Source: Vicinamibacterales bacterium
GTDB taxonomy: Bacteria > Acidobacteriota > Vicinamibacteria > Vicinamibacterales > UBA8438
Reading direction: 5' to 3'
DNA: 64,000 nt
NCBI GenBank assembly: GCA_036012905.1
Contig: DASCQF010000126.1
Location: 13,165 to 77,164 of the forward strand
The notes beneath the pieces were generated by a model that was not told the DNA's origin, searched no databases, and was given only the letters and a program-made list of their open reading frames with translations. The translations under genes and the position numbers were made by a program. How positions within the stretch are numbered: position 1 is the first letter of the stretch; each line of letters starts with the position of its first letter. Shown here piece after piece: positions 33,808-43,387 of the stretch.

Positions 33808-34077
33808 TCAGACGCTCGGTGCTCGCTTCCCCTGCTGAAACGCCGCGCGACAGTCTTCCGAGCAGAAATGGTGCACCTCGCCCCGACGACGCGTGGTCAG
33901 GGCACGCGACTGGTCGATGTAGGTGCCGCACACCGGGTCACGGACCAACCTGACCCTCTCTGCGGGAGGCACCTGCGGCCGGCTGGCTGCTCCTTGAACG
34001 AGACCGCCGAGAAACTTCCAGACGAGCCGCACCAGCAGCATCACGACCAGGAACCGGATGAGCCAGCCAAATACCAT
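33808..34077 (-). CDS. membrane-anchored YHS/TRASH-domain protein
   Basis: N-terminal TM MVFGWLIRFLVVMLLVRLVWKFLGGLV, then DPVCGTYIDQSRALTTRRRGEVHHFCSEDCRAAF (YHS/TRASH cysteine pattern). Its stop is 13 nt from the aldolase start. Confidence 0.7.
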   Translation of the reverse strand: MVFGWLIRFLVVMLLVRLVWKFLGGLVQGAASRPQVPPAERVRLVRDPVCGTYIDQSRALTTRRRGEVHHFCSEDCRAAFQQGKRAPSV

Positions 34078-34109
34078 GAGATAGCGGCAGGCAATGCGCG
34101 ATCGTGCCG

Positions 34110-34697
34110 CTAGTGCGCGGCGCGAAGGCGTTCCATGGCGTCGGCAGCGGCCAATGCCTCAGGGGTGCCAGGAGCAACGCGTAGAACCTCTTCCCAGGCC
34201 TCGAACGCGCCATCGAGGTCCTGATTACCAAAGGCGCGCACGATGCCGAGGCTCAAGATCGTCTTGGCATGCGCCGGGTCGACCTCGAGGGACCGGGCGA
34301 GCTGGGCCAACGCGCGTTCGGTGTCGTCGAGGTAGAAGTAGGCCACGGCGAGATCGGTGCTGACGTCGACCGCCTTCGGGTCGAGCGTGAGTGCCTCCTC
34401 GAACCACGGGATCGCATCCTCGAACTGTTGCGAGTTGAAATAGAGGTTGCCGAGATCGACGCGCACCTGGACGTCGTCCGGCGCACCCTCGGCGGTCTCA
34501 CGCAACTGGGCCGCCCGCGTCTCATCGAGCGGCGGCGGCTCGGGCGCCGGCGGGACCGGGGCGGGGGGGAGCGGGGACGACGACGACGCGATCGCCTCAA
34601 CCGGCTCCGCCGGCCGCTGGCTCCACACAATCCAGCCCATCAGACCGGCGGCGAGCACTAGCGAGGCGAGGAGTGGGATGGTCTCAGTACGATTCAT
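34110..34697 (-). CDS. membrane-anchored tetratricopeptide repeat protein
   Basis: N-terminal TM, a Pro-rich linker, then TPR-like repeats (LGNLYFNSQQFEDAIPWFEEALTLDP, LAVAYFYLDDTERALAQLARSLEVDP). Confidence 0.7.
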   Translation of the reverse strand: MNRTETIPLLASLVLAAGLMGWIVWSQRPAEPVEAIASSSSPLPPAPVPPAPEPPPLDETRAAQLRETAEGAPDDVQVRVDLGNLYFNSQQFEDAIPWFEEALTLDPKAVDVSTDLAVAYFYLDDTERALAQLARSLEVDPAHAKTILSLGIVRAFGNQDLDGAFEAWEEVLRVAPGTPEALAAADAMERLRAAH

Positions 34698-34772
34698 CAG
34701 ACGTGTCGAGTCCCTTCGTGCCGATCATAGCAACGCTGCCGGAACAGCGTCCAGCGGGGCACACCGGCGGCA

Positions 34773-35480
34773 TCAACCAAGTAGGGCGATCATCTCCCGA
34801 ACCGCGCGTTCGAGACCAACCAGCACCGCGCGGGAGACGATGCTGTGACCGATGTTCAGCTCGACGATCTCCGGAATGGCGGCGACCGGCTTGACGTTGG
34901 TGTAGGTCAACCCGTGACCGCCCAGCACCTCGAGCCCCTCCTCGTGGGCCTTGCGAGCCGCCTGCTGAACCCGCGCGAGCTCCACCGTTCGGCCTTCGGG
35001 GTTGGCGTCGGCGTAAGGACCCGTGTTTATTTCGACCGCGGTAGCGCCCGTCGTACGTGCCAAGGCGATCTGGTCGGGCGCCGCGTCGATGAACAGGCTG
35101 GCAGCGATGTCCGCCGTCTGGAGCCGACTCACGACATCGGCGATCACCGTCTGGTGCCGCCCGATATCGAGCCCACCGGTCGTGGTCACCTCGTTGGGAT
35201 GCTCCGGAACCAATGTGACCTGGTCCGGTGTCAGCTCGGTGGCAATCGCGACCATCGCGTCGGTCGCCGCCATCTCCACGTTGAGTCGGGTCGACACCAT
35301 CTCACAGAGGAGCCGCAGGTCGCGGTCCTGGATGTGCCGCCGATCACCGCGTAGATGTATGGTGATGCCGTCGGCGCCGGCCAACTCTGCCAGTGCCGCC
35401 GCCGTCACCGGCTCCGGTTCGCGCGCGCGGCGCGCTTGTCGGATAGTCGCCACGTGGTCGATGTTGACACCCAGCCGCAT
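34773..35480 (-). CDS. pdxJ: pyridoxine 5'-phosphate synthase
   Basis: [27 protein letters not shown], and EINTG / HGL motifs. An upstream Met at 35504 is an alternative start. Confidence 0.9.
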   Translation of the reverse strand: MRLGVNIDHVATIRQARRAREPEPVTAAALAELAGADGITIHLRGDRRHIQDRDLRLLCEMVSTRLNVEMAATDAMVAIATELTPDQVTLVPEHPNEVTTTGGLDIGRHQTVIADVVSRLQTADIAASLFIDAAPDQIALARTTGATAVEINTGPYADANPEGRTVELARVQQAARKAHEEGLEVLGGHGLTYTNVKPVAAIPEIVELNIGHSIVSRAVLVGLERAVREMIALLG

Positions 35481-35514
35481 GATCCCTCCATCACGGTCAG
35501 ACATTAGAAGTGGT

Positions 35515-35571
35515 GGCGAAGCCCACAGGCTTTCTCCTGTCTCCTGCCTCCTGTCTCCCGACTTCTAGAGC
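35515..35571 (+). repeat. Hairpin-head plus heptamer array element (GGCGAAGCCCACAGGCTTTCTC then CTGTCTC CTGCCTC CTGTCTC CCGACTT CTAGAGC)
   Basis: Read directly from the sequence, between the glmM stop and the pdxJ start. Confidence 0.8.
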
Positions 35572-35578
35572 ATTCGTC

Positions 35579-36928
35579 CTACCCGAGCTCTGCCCGCACG
35601 CGTTGCTCAATCGTCTCGGCGAGACCCTCGATCGCTGCCTGATCAGGTCCTTCTACCATGATCCGCACAAGCGGCTCTGTTCCCGAGTAGCGGACGAGTA
35701 CTCGACCCTCCCCCTCGAGATCGCGCTCGGCCCTCTCGATGAGCTGTGACACCTCCGGGAGCTCCGCCAGCGCAGTCCGCCGTCGCACCCGCACGTTCAC
35801 CAGCACCTGGGGCAACGGCACCAGGTCAGCAGCCAGGTCGGCCAGATCCCGTCCGGTCTCGATGACCGCCCGCGCAACTATCAAGGCGGTGGCCAGCCCG
35901 TCTCCGGTCGCCAGGTGGTCGGCGAAGATGATGTGCCCAGACTGCTCGCCACCGAGCGCGAGGCCGCGCCGGGTCATCTCTGCCCACACCAGCCGGTCCC
36001 CCACCGAACACCGGTGGACGGTAATGCCATCGGCGCGCAGGGCGTGCTCGAGCCCGATATTGCTCATCACAGTCGCCACCACCGCGCGTTGAGGCAGCCG
36101 CCCCTCCGCTGCCAGCCAGCGGGCCCCGATCAGCAACACCGCATCGCCATTGACCACCGCGCCGCGATGGTCAACAAATACCACCCGGTCGCCATCACCG
36201 TCGAAGGCGGCTCCCAGCCGGCATCCCCGCTCGACCACCGCCCGCGCCAACCGCTCGGGGTGTGTGGAGCCGCAGTCGAGATTGATGTTCCGACCATCCG
36301 GCGCATCGTGCAGCACGATCGGATCCATCCCCAGCCGACGCAACACGGCCGGCGCGATCTGGCTGGTGGCACCGTGTGCGCAGTCGACGGCGATGCCCAG
36401 GTCCGCTGGTGCCTGCACGCCGTCAAACAGCCGACTGGTGTGCACGATGTAGGGCTCGCCGCACGCGACGGTCTTGGGCGACGGAACCGGCGAATCCGGC
36501 ACCACCCAGGTCTGGTCGGCGACCAGCGCCGCGATCCGCGTCTCGAGGCCATCGTCCGCCTTCTCGCCGCTTCCGGTAATGACCTTGACCCCGTTATCCT
36601 GAAATGGATTGTGCGAGGCAGAGACGACGATGCCGGCATCGAACCCGCCGTCACGGGTGAGAAAGGCGATTGCCGGTGTCGACAGGAGGCCGCCATTTGT
36701 GATGCTCGCCGCCTCGGTCGCCAATCCGCGCGCCAACTGGCCGGTGATCCACTCACCCGACTCGCGCGTGTCGCGACCGATGAGCACGCGCAGGGAGCCA
36801 TCCGGACGTCTGCAGGTCCTGGCGATCGACGCACCAAGCCGTGCAAGGGTGCGCTTGTCGAGTGGAAACTCGCCGGGCGTGCCCCGAACGCCATCAGTCC
36901 CGAACAATCTGGCGGAGGAGAGGTTCAC
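35579..36928 (-). CDS. glmM: phosphoglucosamine mutase
   Basis: Active-site GIVVSASHNPFQDNGVK, FDGDGDR metal loop, and GGEQSGH sugar-binding loop. Confidence 0.95.
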   Translation of the reverse strand: MNLSSARLFGTDGVRGTPGEFPLDKRTLARLGASIARTCRRPDGSLRVLIGRDTRESGEWITGQLARGLATEAASITNGGLLSTPAIAFLTRDGGFDAGIVVSASHNPFQDNGVKVITGSGEKADDGLETRIAALVADQTWVVPDSPVPSPKTVACGEPYIVHTSRLFDGVQAPADLGIAVDCAHGATSQIAPAVLRRLGMDPIVLHDAPDGRNINLDCGSTHPERLARAVVERGCRLGAAFDGDGDRVVFVDHRGAVVNGDAVLLIGARWLAAEGRLPQRAVVATVMSNIGLEHALRADGITVHRCSVGDRLVWAEMTRRGLALGGEQSGHIIFADHLATGDGLATALIVARAVIETGRDLADLAADLVPLPQVLVNVRVRRRTALAELPEVSQLIERAERDLEGEGRVLVRYSGTEPLVRIMVEGPDQAAIEGLAETIEQRVRAELG

Positions 36929-37842
36929 CGAAGCCCGACCTGCACCGTTTGCGGCTCGACCTGGGTGACTTCAAACGCGCGGTGGGCCTCGACTGTCACC
37001 GACTGATTGTAGGTGCCGACCCCCAAACCGGCAAGATCGACAAAGGCGCCGACCGCGTTGTTGTCGAGCCCGCGCATCTGGTCTGGGGGGCCATGCACGG
37101 TGACGGTGACAGACGCTGGTGTGACCGTGACAGACACACCGGACGCCACGTTGCGCACACGCACCGGCACCTCAACCAGCGTGCGCTCCACGGGCGCTCG
37201 AACGATCTCCACCGTGACCCGCGCGGCGCGTGGCGTCTCGAGCCGCAGATTCGGGTCCTCCACACCGACCGTGACCACTTGCTCGACCGGCACCGCCAGG
37301 TTCGTCACGTCGATTGGCTCGGTAATCGCTTCGGTCAGCTGCCGTAACCGGCTCAGCGGGCCGACGACCGCCACGGTCGCAGGATCGGCGACGATCCGGG
37401 CGACGACGAACCCGGGGGCCGGCTCCCCTTTCACCGCCGGAAAGACCGGCACCATGCGGGGCGCCCCTTCCACCTCGAGCGTCAACGTCACTGTCGACGG
37501 GATCACCTGGGTGACCTCGACACCGAGCGGCGCACGGATGCGGCCAGCCGCCATATCGAACAGCCGCGTTCCTGGACGCTCAGCGCCCAGGTCGATGATC
37601 GCCGCCACTTCACCCGCCTCGAGACGCCGCAGCACCGCCGACGAGCCGCGCAACCGGACTTCCACCGTCTCCGGCAAATCCCCCAGGATCTCCACCGAGT
37701 CCGACAGATTCTCGAATTCCAGCGGAATCTGCAGACCCCGCTCCGAGATCGGCTCCCCGGCGACCGTCAGCCAGAGCAGCACGGCCAACGCGATCGCGAA
37801 CACCTTCAGCCCGAGGTCCCGAAAAAATGGAAGCGCCATCAT
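36925..37842 (-). CDS. cdaR: YbbR-domain protein (CdaR-like regulator of diadenylate cyclase)
   Basis: N-terminal anchor, then repeated YbbR-like beta modules (V.V.V.G.P..G). It overlaps both the cdaA stop and the glmM start, which is the conserved cdaA-cdaR-glmM order. Confidence 0.75.
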   Translation of the reverse strand: MMALPFFRDLGLKVFAIALAVLLWLTVAGEPISERGLQIPLEFENLSDSVEILGDLPETVEVRLRGSSAVLRRLEAGEVAAIIDLGAERPGTRLFDMAAGRIRAPLGVEVTQVIPSTVTLTLEVEGAPRMVPVFPAVKGEPAPGFVVARIVADPATVAVVGPLSRLRQLTEAITEPIDVTNLAVPVEQVVTVGVEDPNLRLETPRAARVTVEIVRAPVERTLVEVPVRVRNVASGVSVTVTPASVTVTVHGPPDQMRGLDNNAVGAFVDLAGLGVGTYNQSVTVEAHRAFEVTQVEPQTVQVGLR

Positions 37843-38657
37843 GCGTCGAGCGGTCTCGCCTCCTCACGAGGCTTCAGTCGTGCACGGTGCAACATCAGCG
37901 CCTCGAGCCGATAGCGTAGCCGTTCCAGCTCGAGATCCTGCTCTATCTGTCCGTCGAGCACCAATGAGAGACGGCCGGTCTCTTCCGAGACCACGAGCGC
38001 AACCGCATCGGTTTCCTCGCTCAACCCGATGGCCGCGCGGTGACGTGTGCCCAGATCTCTGCTGACTCGGGGATTGACCGTCAGCGGGAGAAAACAGGCG
38101 GCGGCGGCGACCCGATCCTGCTGGATGACGACCGCGCCATCGTGCATCGGCGCACCCGGGCGGAAGACACTGACCAGCAGGTCGTAGCTGACGGCCGCAT
38201 CCAGCGGAATGCCACTCTCGACATAGTTGCGCAGCCCGATCTCTCGTTCGATCGCAATGATGGCACCCACGCGCTGCTCGGCCAACATCCGCAAGGCTAC
38301 GACGATTTCCTCGATCGTCTCGTCGGTCGTCTCCGGACGATTGAGATAACGAAAAAACGGCGCCCGCCCGAAATGCACGAGGGCGCGCCGGATATCCGAC
38401 TGGAACAGCACGATCGCTGCGAAGACGATGTAGCCGAACATGTCGCGGATCAACCAGTCGAGCGTCTGCAGCGGAGTGAACTGCGACGCGTAGTACAGCA
38501 CGACGATCACACCGCCACCAATGAGAATCTGTACCGCGTGCGTGCGACGGACCAGCTTCAAAAGCTCGTAGATCAGCAGTGAGACAATCGCGATATCGAG
38601 CAGGTCCCACCATCCGACCCGGTTCAGCCGCACCACGCTGGTCAGACTCTCAATCAT
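37839..38657 (-). CDS. cdaA: diadenylate cyclase CdaA (DisA_N domain)
   Basis: Three N-terminal TM helices, then GAPMHDGAVVI, and GTRHRAAIGLSEETDAVALVVSEETG (DGA and RHR motifs). The ATG at 38657 overlaps the folP stop. Confidence 0.9.
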   Translation of the reverse strand: MIESLTSVVRLNRVGWWDLLDIAIVSLLIYELLKLVRRTHAVQILIGGGVIVVLYYASQFTPLQTLDWLIRDMFGYIVFAAIVLFQSDIRRALVHFGRAPFFRYLNRPETTDETIEEIVVALRMLAEQRVGAIIAIEREIGLRNYVESGIPLDAAVSYDLLVSVFRPGAPMHDGAVVIQQDRVAAAACFLPLTVNPRVSRDLGTRHRAAIGLSEETDAVALVVSEETGRLSLVLDGQIEQDLELERLRYRLEALMLHRARLKPREEARPLDA

Positions 38658-39550
38658 TGCGCGTGTCCTGCCTCCTGCGAGCCACTCGGCGCGGTCCCAT
38701 TCGCCCGGATTCGATCCGCCACCTTCACCACCTGCGCCATCTCGCGCACCCGATGCACGCGTACGATGTGCGCGCCACCCAGGACCGCTGCCGTGACGGC
38801 GGCCGCAGTTCTCCACTCGCGGTCGTCCGCGCCGCCACCGCCATCCTCGACCAAGAACGACTTTCGCGAGGGACCGACCAGCATCGGGCGGTCCAGCGGC
38901 GCCAGGCGGTCAAGGGCCGCCAGTGCCGCGTAGGTGTGTTCAGCACGCTTGGCGAACCCGAGACCGGGATCGATGATGATCCGGGAACGGTCGACGCCGG
39001 CGTCTATCGCCGCGTCGATCCGACCACCGAGCTCAGCGGCCACCTCTACGCCGACATCGTCATACTCGGCCTCACGGTACATATTGCGCGCTCGTCCCCG
39101 ATTGTGCATCAGGACCAGCGCAGCGCCACGCGCTGCCACCACCGGTGCCAGCGCGGGCTCGTAGAGCAGCCCCGATACGTCGTTGACGATCACCGCGCCA
39201 TGATCGAGCGCAACACGCGCGACCTCGGCTTTGTAGGTGTCGATCGACACCGGCACCCGCACTCGCCCCATTAGCTGGTCGAGCACCGGCACCACGCGCG
39301 CGAGCTCTTCCTCGACCGACACCGCGGAGGCTCCGGGCCGGGTCGACTCGCCCCCGATGTCCAGCAGATCGGCGCCGTCGGCCTCCATGTGCTGCGCGTG
39401 CTCCAGGGCGCGACTCGGGTCCAGGCACAGCCCGGCATCGGAGAACGAGTCCGGGGTCACGTTGACGATCCCCATCACCAGCGTCCGGCCGCCGAGGTGG
39501 AGCGGGGCCATCGCCGGCAGCGGCACCGTGTAGTGACGTCGAGAAGACAT
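38654..39550 (-). CDS. folP: dihydropteroate synthase
   Basis: MGIVNVTPDSFSDAG, DIGGESTRPG, and a PGLGFAK-like DPGLGFAKR. Confidence 0.92.
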   Translation of the reverse strand: MSSRRHYTVPLPAMAPLHLGGRTLVMGIVNVTPDSFSDAGLCLDPSRALEHAQHMEADGADLLDIGGESTRPGASAVSVEEELARVVPVLDQLMGRVRVPVSIDTYKAEVARVALDHGAVIVNDVSGLLYEPALAPVVAARGAALVLMHNRGRARNMYREAEYDDVGVEVAAELGGRIDAAIDAGVDRSRIIIDPGLGFAKRAEHTYAALAALDRLAPLDRPMLVGPSRKSFLVEDGGGGADDREWRTAAAVTAAVLGGAHIVRVHRVREMAQVVKVADRIRANGTAPSGSQEAGHAQ

Positions 39551-39559
39551 GACGGGTCC

Positions 39560-39626
39560 CTAGAGACCACCCCAATGGAGGCAGGAGTCAGGAGGCAGGA
39601 GACGGGAGAAGCCGGGGGGCTTCGCC
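39560..39626 (-). repeat. Hairpin-head plus heptamer array element (minus strand: GGCGAAGCCCCCCGGCTTCTC then CCGTCTC CTGCCTC CTGACTC CTGCCTC)
   Basis: Read directly from the sequence, between the ftsH stop and the folP start. Confidence 0.8.
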
Positions 39627-39654
39627 GTCCTCTGGTCCGGCCTGGATGGGACCA

Positions 39655-41559
39655 CTATGCCTGAGGCAATGGCTTGCCGAGCGACGGCACGACCGGCGGT
39701 CGCTCCGTCTCCGGGCTGATGGGCTGGTCCGACGCGACCGGCACCGCCTGGACCGGCACAGCCTCCTCCAGCGGCAGACCCGAGACGATCCGCGTAACCT
39801 GCTTGCCAGTGAGCACCTCGCGGGTCAGCAACTCCTCGGCGACCTGCAGGAGCTCGCTCTTCTTCTCCTTGAGAATGGTGCGGGCGCGGTCGTAGTTGTC
39901 GGTGACGATCCGCTTGATCTCCTGGTCGATCCTGTTCGCGGTTTCCTCGCTGTGGTCCTTGTGCTGCGTGAAGTCACGCCCCAAGAAGACCTGCTCCTCC
40001 TTCTTGCCGAAGGTCACCGGCCCGACGGCCTCGCTCATGCCCCACTCGCAAACCATTTTGTGGGCGAGGTCGGTGACTCGGTCGAGATCGTTGCCCGCAC
40101 CGGTCGTCACCGTCGTGTTGGTGATCTCTTCGGCGATCCGGCCACCAAGCAGCACCGCGACCTGGTCATGCAGATACTCGGCCGAGTAGCTGTGCTTGTC
40201 GTCGACCGGCAGCTGCTGCGTGACACCGAGCGCCTGGCCTCGCGGGATGATCGTAACCTTGTGGACCGGGTCGGAATGCTCCAGCACGACGCCCAACAGG
40301 GCGTGACCCGCCTCGTGGAGCGCCGTCACCTGCTTCTCCTCGTCGCTGATGACAAGTGACCGGCGCTCCGAGCCCATCATCACCTTGTCCTTGGCGAACT
40401 CGAAGTCCTGCATCATGACGGTCTTCTGGTTGAAGCGCGCCGCGTTGAGCGCCGCCTCGTTGACGAGGTTCGCCAGATCCGCGCCGCAGAAGCCGACCGA
40501 GCCCCGCGCCACCACGTGGAGGTCCACGTCGTCGGCCAGCGGGATTTTGCGGGTGTGGACCCCGAGAATACCCTCCCGGCCCTTGACGTCCGGTCGGTTC
40601 ACGACGATCCGCCGGTCGAAGCGTCCCGGCCGCAGCAAGGCCGGGTCCAGGACGTCGGGACGGTTGGTCGCCGACACGAGAATGACCCCTTCGTTCGACT
40701 CGAACCCGTCCATCTCGACCAGGAGCTGATTCAGGGTCTGCTCCCGCTCGTCGTGGCCGCCGCCCAGACCGGCGCCTCGATGCCGGCCCACGGCGTCTAT
40801 TTCATCGATGAACACGATACAGGGCGCATTCTTCTTCCCCTGTTCGAACAGGTCGCGGACCCGCGAGGCGCCGACACCGACGAACATCTCGACGAAGTCC
40901 GACCCGCTGATGGAGAAGAACGGCACGTTCGCTTCACCGGCGACAGCCCGTGCGAGCAACGTCTTGCCGGTTCCCGGAGGCCCCATCAGCAGGACGCCTT
41001 TCGGAATACGGCCACCCAGCTTCTGGAACTTCTGCGGCTCTCGGAGAAACTCGATGACCTCCTCCAACTCCTCCTTCGGCTCGTCGACACCGGCGACGTC
41101 CTTGAAGGTCGCCTTCTTCTGTGTGCTCGACGACAACTTCGCCCGGCTCTTGCCGAACGACAGCGCCTTGTTGCCGCCGCTCTGGACCTGCCGCATGAAA
41201 AAGATCCAGAACCCGATAATCAACAGAATCGGCGCCCAGGCATACAAGAGGCTTGCCCAGGGACTCGGGGCTGCCTCCTTCGCGTCAACCATGACGTCGC
41301 GCTCGAGGAGCGTGTTGACCAACCCTTCGTACTGAGGAGGAGCATATGTGGTGAACTGCTGGCCGCTCGAGTCGGTGCCGGTGATCTCGTTCCCGGTGAG
41401 CTCGACCCGGTCGACCTGACCTGTATTCACCCACTGCATGAACTCGCTAAAGCTCACCGGGGAATCTCCGTTCCGGAGCTGTGACGAGAGGTTCCAGATC
41501 AGGGCCACCACGACCACCAGAACCATCCAGAAGAGCAGACTGCGCGTCGTCGAGTTCAC
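39655..41559 (-). CDS. ftsH: ATP-dependent zinc metalloprotease FtsH
   Basis: Walker [15 protein letters not shown] region, and Zn motif HEAGHAL. Confidence 0.97.
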   Translation of the reverse strand: MNSTTRSLLFWMVLVVVVALIWNLSSQLRNGDSPVSFSEFMQWVNTGQVDRVELTGNEITGTDSSGQQFTTYAPPQYEGLVNTLLERDVMVDAKEAAPSPWASLLYAWAPILLIIGFWIFFMRQVQSGGNKALSFGKSRAKLSSSTQKKATFKDVAGVDEPKEELEEVIEFLREPQKFQKLGGRIPKGVLLMGPPGTGKTLLARAVAGEANVPFFSISGSDFVEMFVGVGASRVRDLFEQGKKNAPCIVFIDEIDAVGRHRGAGLGGGHDEREQTLNQLLVEMDGFESNEGVILVSATNRPDVLDPALLRPGRFDRRIVVNRPDVKGREGILGVHTRKIPLADDVDLHVVARGSVGFCGADLANLVNEAALNAARFNQKTVMMQDFEFAKDKVMMGSERRSLVISDEEKQVTALHEAGHALLGVVLEHSDPVHKVTIIPRGQALGVTQQLPVDDKHSYSAEYLHDQVAVLLGGRIAEEITNTTVTTGAGNDLDRVTDLAHKMVCEWGMSEAVGPVTFGKKEEQVFLGRDFTQHKDHSEETANRIDQEIKRIVTDNYDRARTILKEKKSELLQVAEELLTREVLTGKQVTRIVSGLPLEEAVPVQAVPVASDQPISPETERPPVVPSLGKPLPQA

Positions 41560-42977
41560 GAGTTATCTCCCAAAGTTCTCACTCTCAAGATTAGCACGCT
41601 TGCCGCAGCACCCGTGACCCGAAATTCGTCACTGACCGCCTGACCCACGACCCAGACGATGCGGTTCCTGTCATCGAGCACCAGCGGGATCCGAGACCGA
41701 TCGACGCGGCTCACCTTGCGGTCGACAAACAGATCCTGGAGCTTTTTCCGGTGCCCGCGGAGTCCGAGCGGCCGAAATCGGTCCCCAGGCCGCCAGTTCC
41801 GCACCGCGAGCGGACCTGCCGCCGCCACCGCGACCGTCCGCTCGAACGCCGGGTTTCCGCCTGTTTTCGGCCACGCGAATGGCACACTGAGGCCCATTTC
41901 GGCCGGCTCCGCGCTTATCGTCACACCGGCCTCTGGAACCGACACCTCTCCGGGCACATCGAGCCGATAGGCAAACGACTCGGCCCTGTCGACCGTCCCC
42001 CGACCGGCCCGGGCAGTCAGGCGGATGATACTCTCGAGCCGGTCGGCCCGGCACCCCGGAAAATCGACCCGTCCTGTCACCGCCGTGGCCAGTCGGCGGA
42101 GCCGCTCGATGTGGTCAAAGCCGACAGAGCGACCCGAGACCAGACCCAGCACATTGCGCGCGACCCGCCTCCCCAGCGCCGGATGCAGCGCCGCCAAGCC
42201 GGCCGCGTCGACCTCCACACCCGTCTTGGTACTTTTGACGAGACCGGAGCTCATTTCGTTTGCGGCATGGGCGAGCCATTCGGCCTCGGCCCGTGCGATC
42301 TCGGCTTCCCGCGCCAGCACCTCGACGACACGGGGCGAATACCCCTGAAGATGTGGGATCAGATCGTGCCGGATCCGGTTTCGCGGCACCCGGCGGTCGA
42401 GATTGGATGCGTCTTCGCGGAATGACACTTCCCTCGCCGCCAAATATGCACGCAACTCCGCGCGCGTCACCCTCAACAGCGGGCGCACGACCTTGCCCGC
42501 ACGGGGTCGGATGGCCGACAACCCCTCGGTACCGGCTCCACGCAGCAGCCGCAGCAGAAAGGTCTCGGCCTGGTCGTCGATCGTGTGGCCAAGCGCCACT
42601 CGGCACGCATCAAGGCGGTCGGCTGCGCGGTCGAAGAACGCGTACCGCGCGCGGTGACCGGCATGCTCGACGGAGATCCGCTCGGAACGCGACAACTCGG
42701 CCACATCGGCCGACTCGACAACGCACGGCACGTCGAACCGGCTTGCCAGGTCCCGGCACAAACGCTCGTCTTCATCGGATTCCCGCGACCGCAACCGGTG
42801 ATTGAGATGCGCCACACCGGCCAGCGTCAGGGCGTTCCGTTCGGCCAGCTCGGCGAGCAAATAGAGCAGCGCGACCGAATCTCCGCCGCCCGACACCGCG
42901 GCCAGCACCCGTCCGCCAGGCGGGATCAGCGCCTGTCGACGAACGAACACGAGCACACGCTCAGCAAGTGGGTCCAT
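41556..42977 (-). CDS. tilS: tRNA(Ile)-lysidine synthetase
   Basis: PP-loop [15 protein letters not shown]. Its length and its position upstream of ftsH are typical of tilS. Confidence 0.88.
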   Translation of the reverse strand: MDPLAERVLVFVRRQALIPPGGRVLAAVSGGGDSVALLYLLAELAERNALTLAGVAHLNHRLRSRESDEDERLCRDLASRFDVPCVVESADVAELSRSERISVEHAGHRARYAFFDRAADRLDACRVALGHTIDDQAETFLLRLLRGAGTEGLSAIRPRAGKVVRPLLRVTRAELRAYLAAREVSFREDASNLDRRVPRNRIRHDLIPHLQGYSPRVVEVLAREAEIARAEAEWLAHAANEMSSGLVKSTKTGVEVDAAGLAALHPALGRRVARNVLGLVSGRSVGFDHIERLRRLATAVTGRVDFPGCRADRLESIIRLTARAGRGTVDRAESFAYRLDVPGEVSVPEAGVTISAEPAEMGLSVPFAWPKTGGNPAFERTVAVAAAGPLAVRNWRPGDRFRPLGLRGHRKKLQDLFVDRKVSRVDRSRIPLVLDDRNRIVWVVGQAVSDEFRVTGAAASVLILRVRTLGDNS

Positions 42978-42991
42978 GGGTCTACGTTCTT

Positions 42992-43081
42992 GGGATTTGG
43001 GGTTCGGGATTCGAGGTGGTTGGCGCCCCGCTCCGTCTCGGGCGCCATCAATTCCAGCCCGGATCCCGATTCCCGTATCCC
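42992..43081. repeat. Composite element: GGGATTY heptamer array, 7-bp GC hairpin, inverted GGGATTY array
   Basis: 42992-43019 reads GGGATTT GGGGTTC GGGATTC GAGGTGG. The hairpin GGCGCCC-N11-GGGCGCC is at 43022-43046. The reverse complement of 43058-43081 reads GGGATAC GGGAATC GGGATCC GGG. The element lies between the tRNA and the tilS start. Confidence 0.75.
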
Positions 43082-43173
43082 AGTGTCAGGCAGGCTGTGC
43101 GCGCTTCAGCAGCCTGCGTCGGATGGCGGCCCGGCCTGCGCGCGGGCCGGTTCGACCCCGGTGGCGAGCGAGA

Positions 43174-43250
43174 TGGTGCCGGTGCAGGGACTTGAACCCC
43201 GGACAACGCGGATATGAGCCGCGTGCTCTAACCAACTGAGCTACACCGGC
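43174..43250 (-). tRNA. tRNA with CAU anticodon (elongator Met, or Ile2 lysidine substrate), CCA encoded
   Basis: Hand-folded cloverleaf. Acceptor GCCGGTG/CACCGGC, D stem GCTC/GAGC, anticodon stem CGCGG/CCGCG with loop CUCAUAU, T arm CGGGG-TTCAAGT-CCCTG, discriminator A, then CCA. G1-C72 excludes the initiator. Confidence 0.9.
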
Positions 43251-43387
43251 GAAGCTAGATGTATTGTATCAACTCCGAGCTTCGGGCCTCTGGGCCTTCG
43301 GAGGACCGCGGACGGGCTCCGCCGTCCAGGCAGGCTGGCTGTGACCGAGGAGCAACGCAGCCCAGGCGGGCGCCTCGCCAGGAAAAC

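Noticed and set aside
43174-43250. tRNA-CAU as the initiator tRNA-fMet
   Set aside because: Positions 1 and 72 form a normal G-C pair. The anticodon stem is CGCGG/CCGCG and lacks the three consecutive G-C pairs adjacent to the loop (GGG/CCC). These are elongator-type features.
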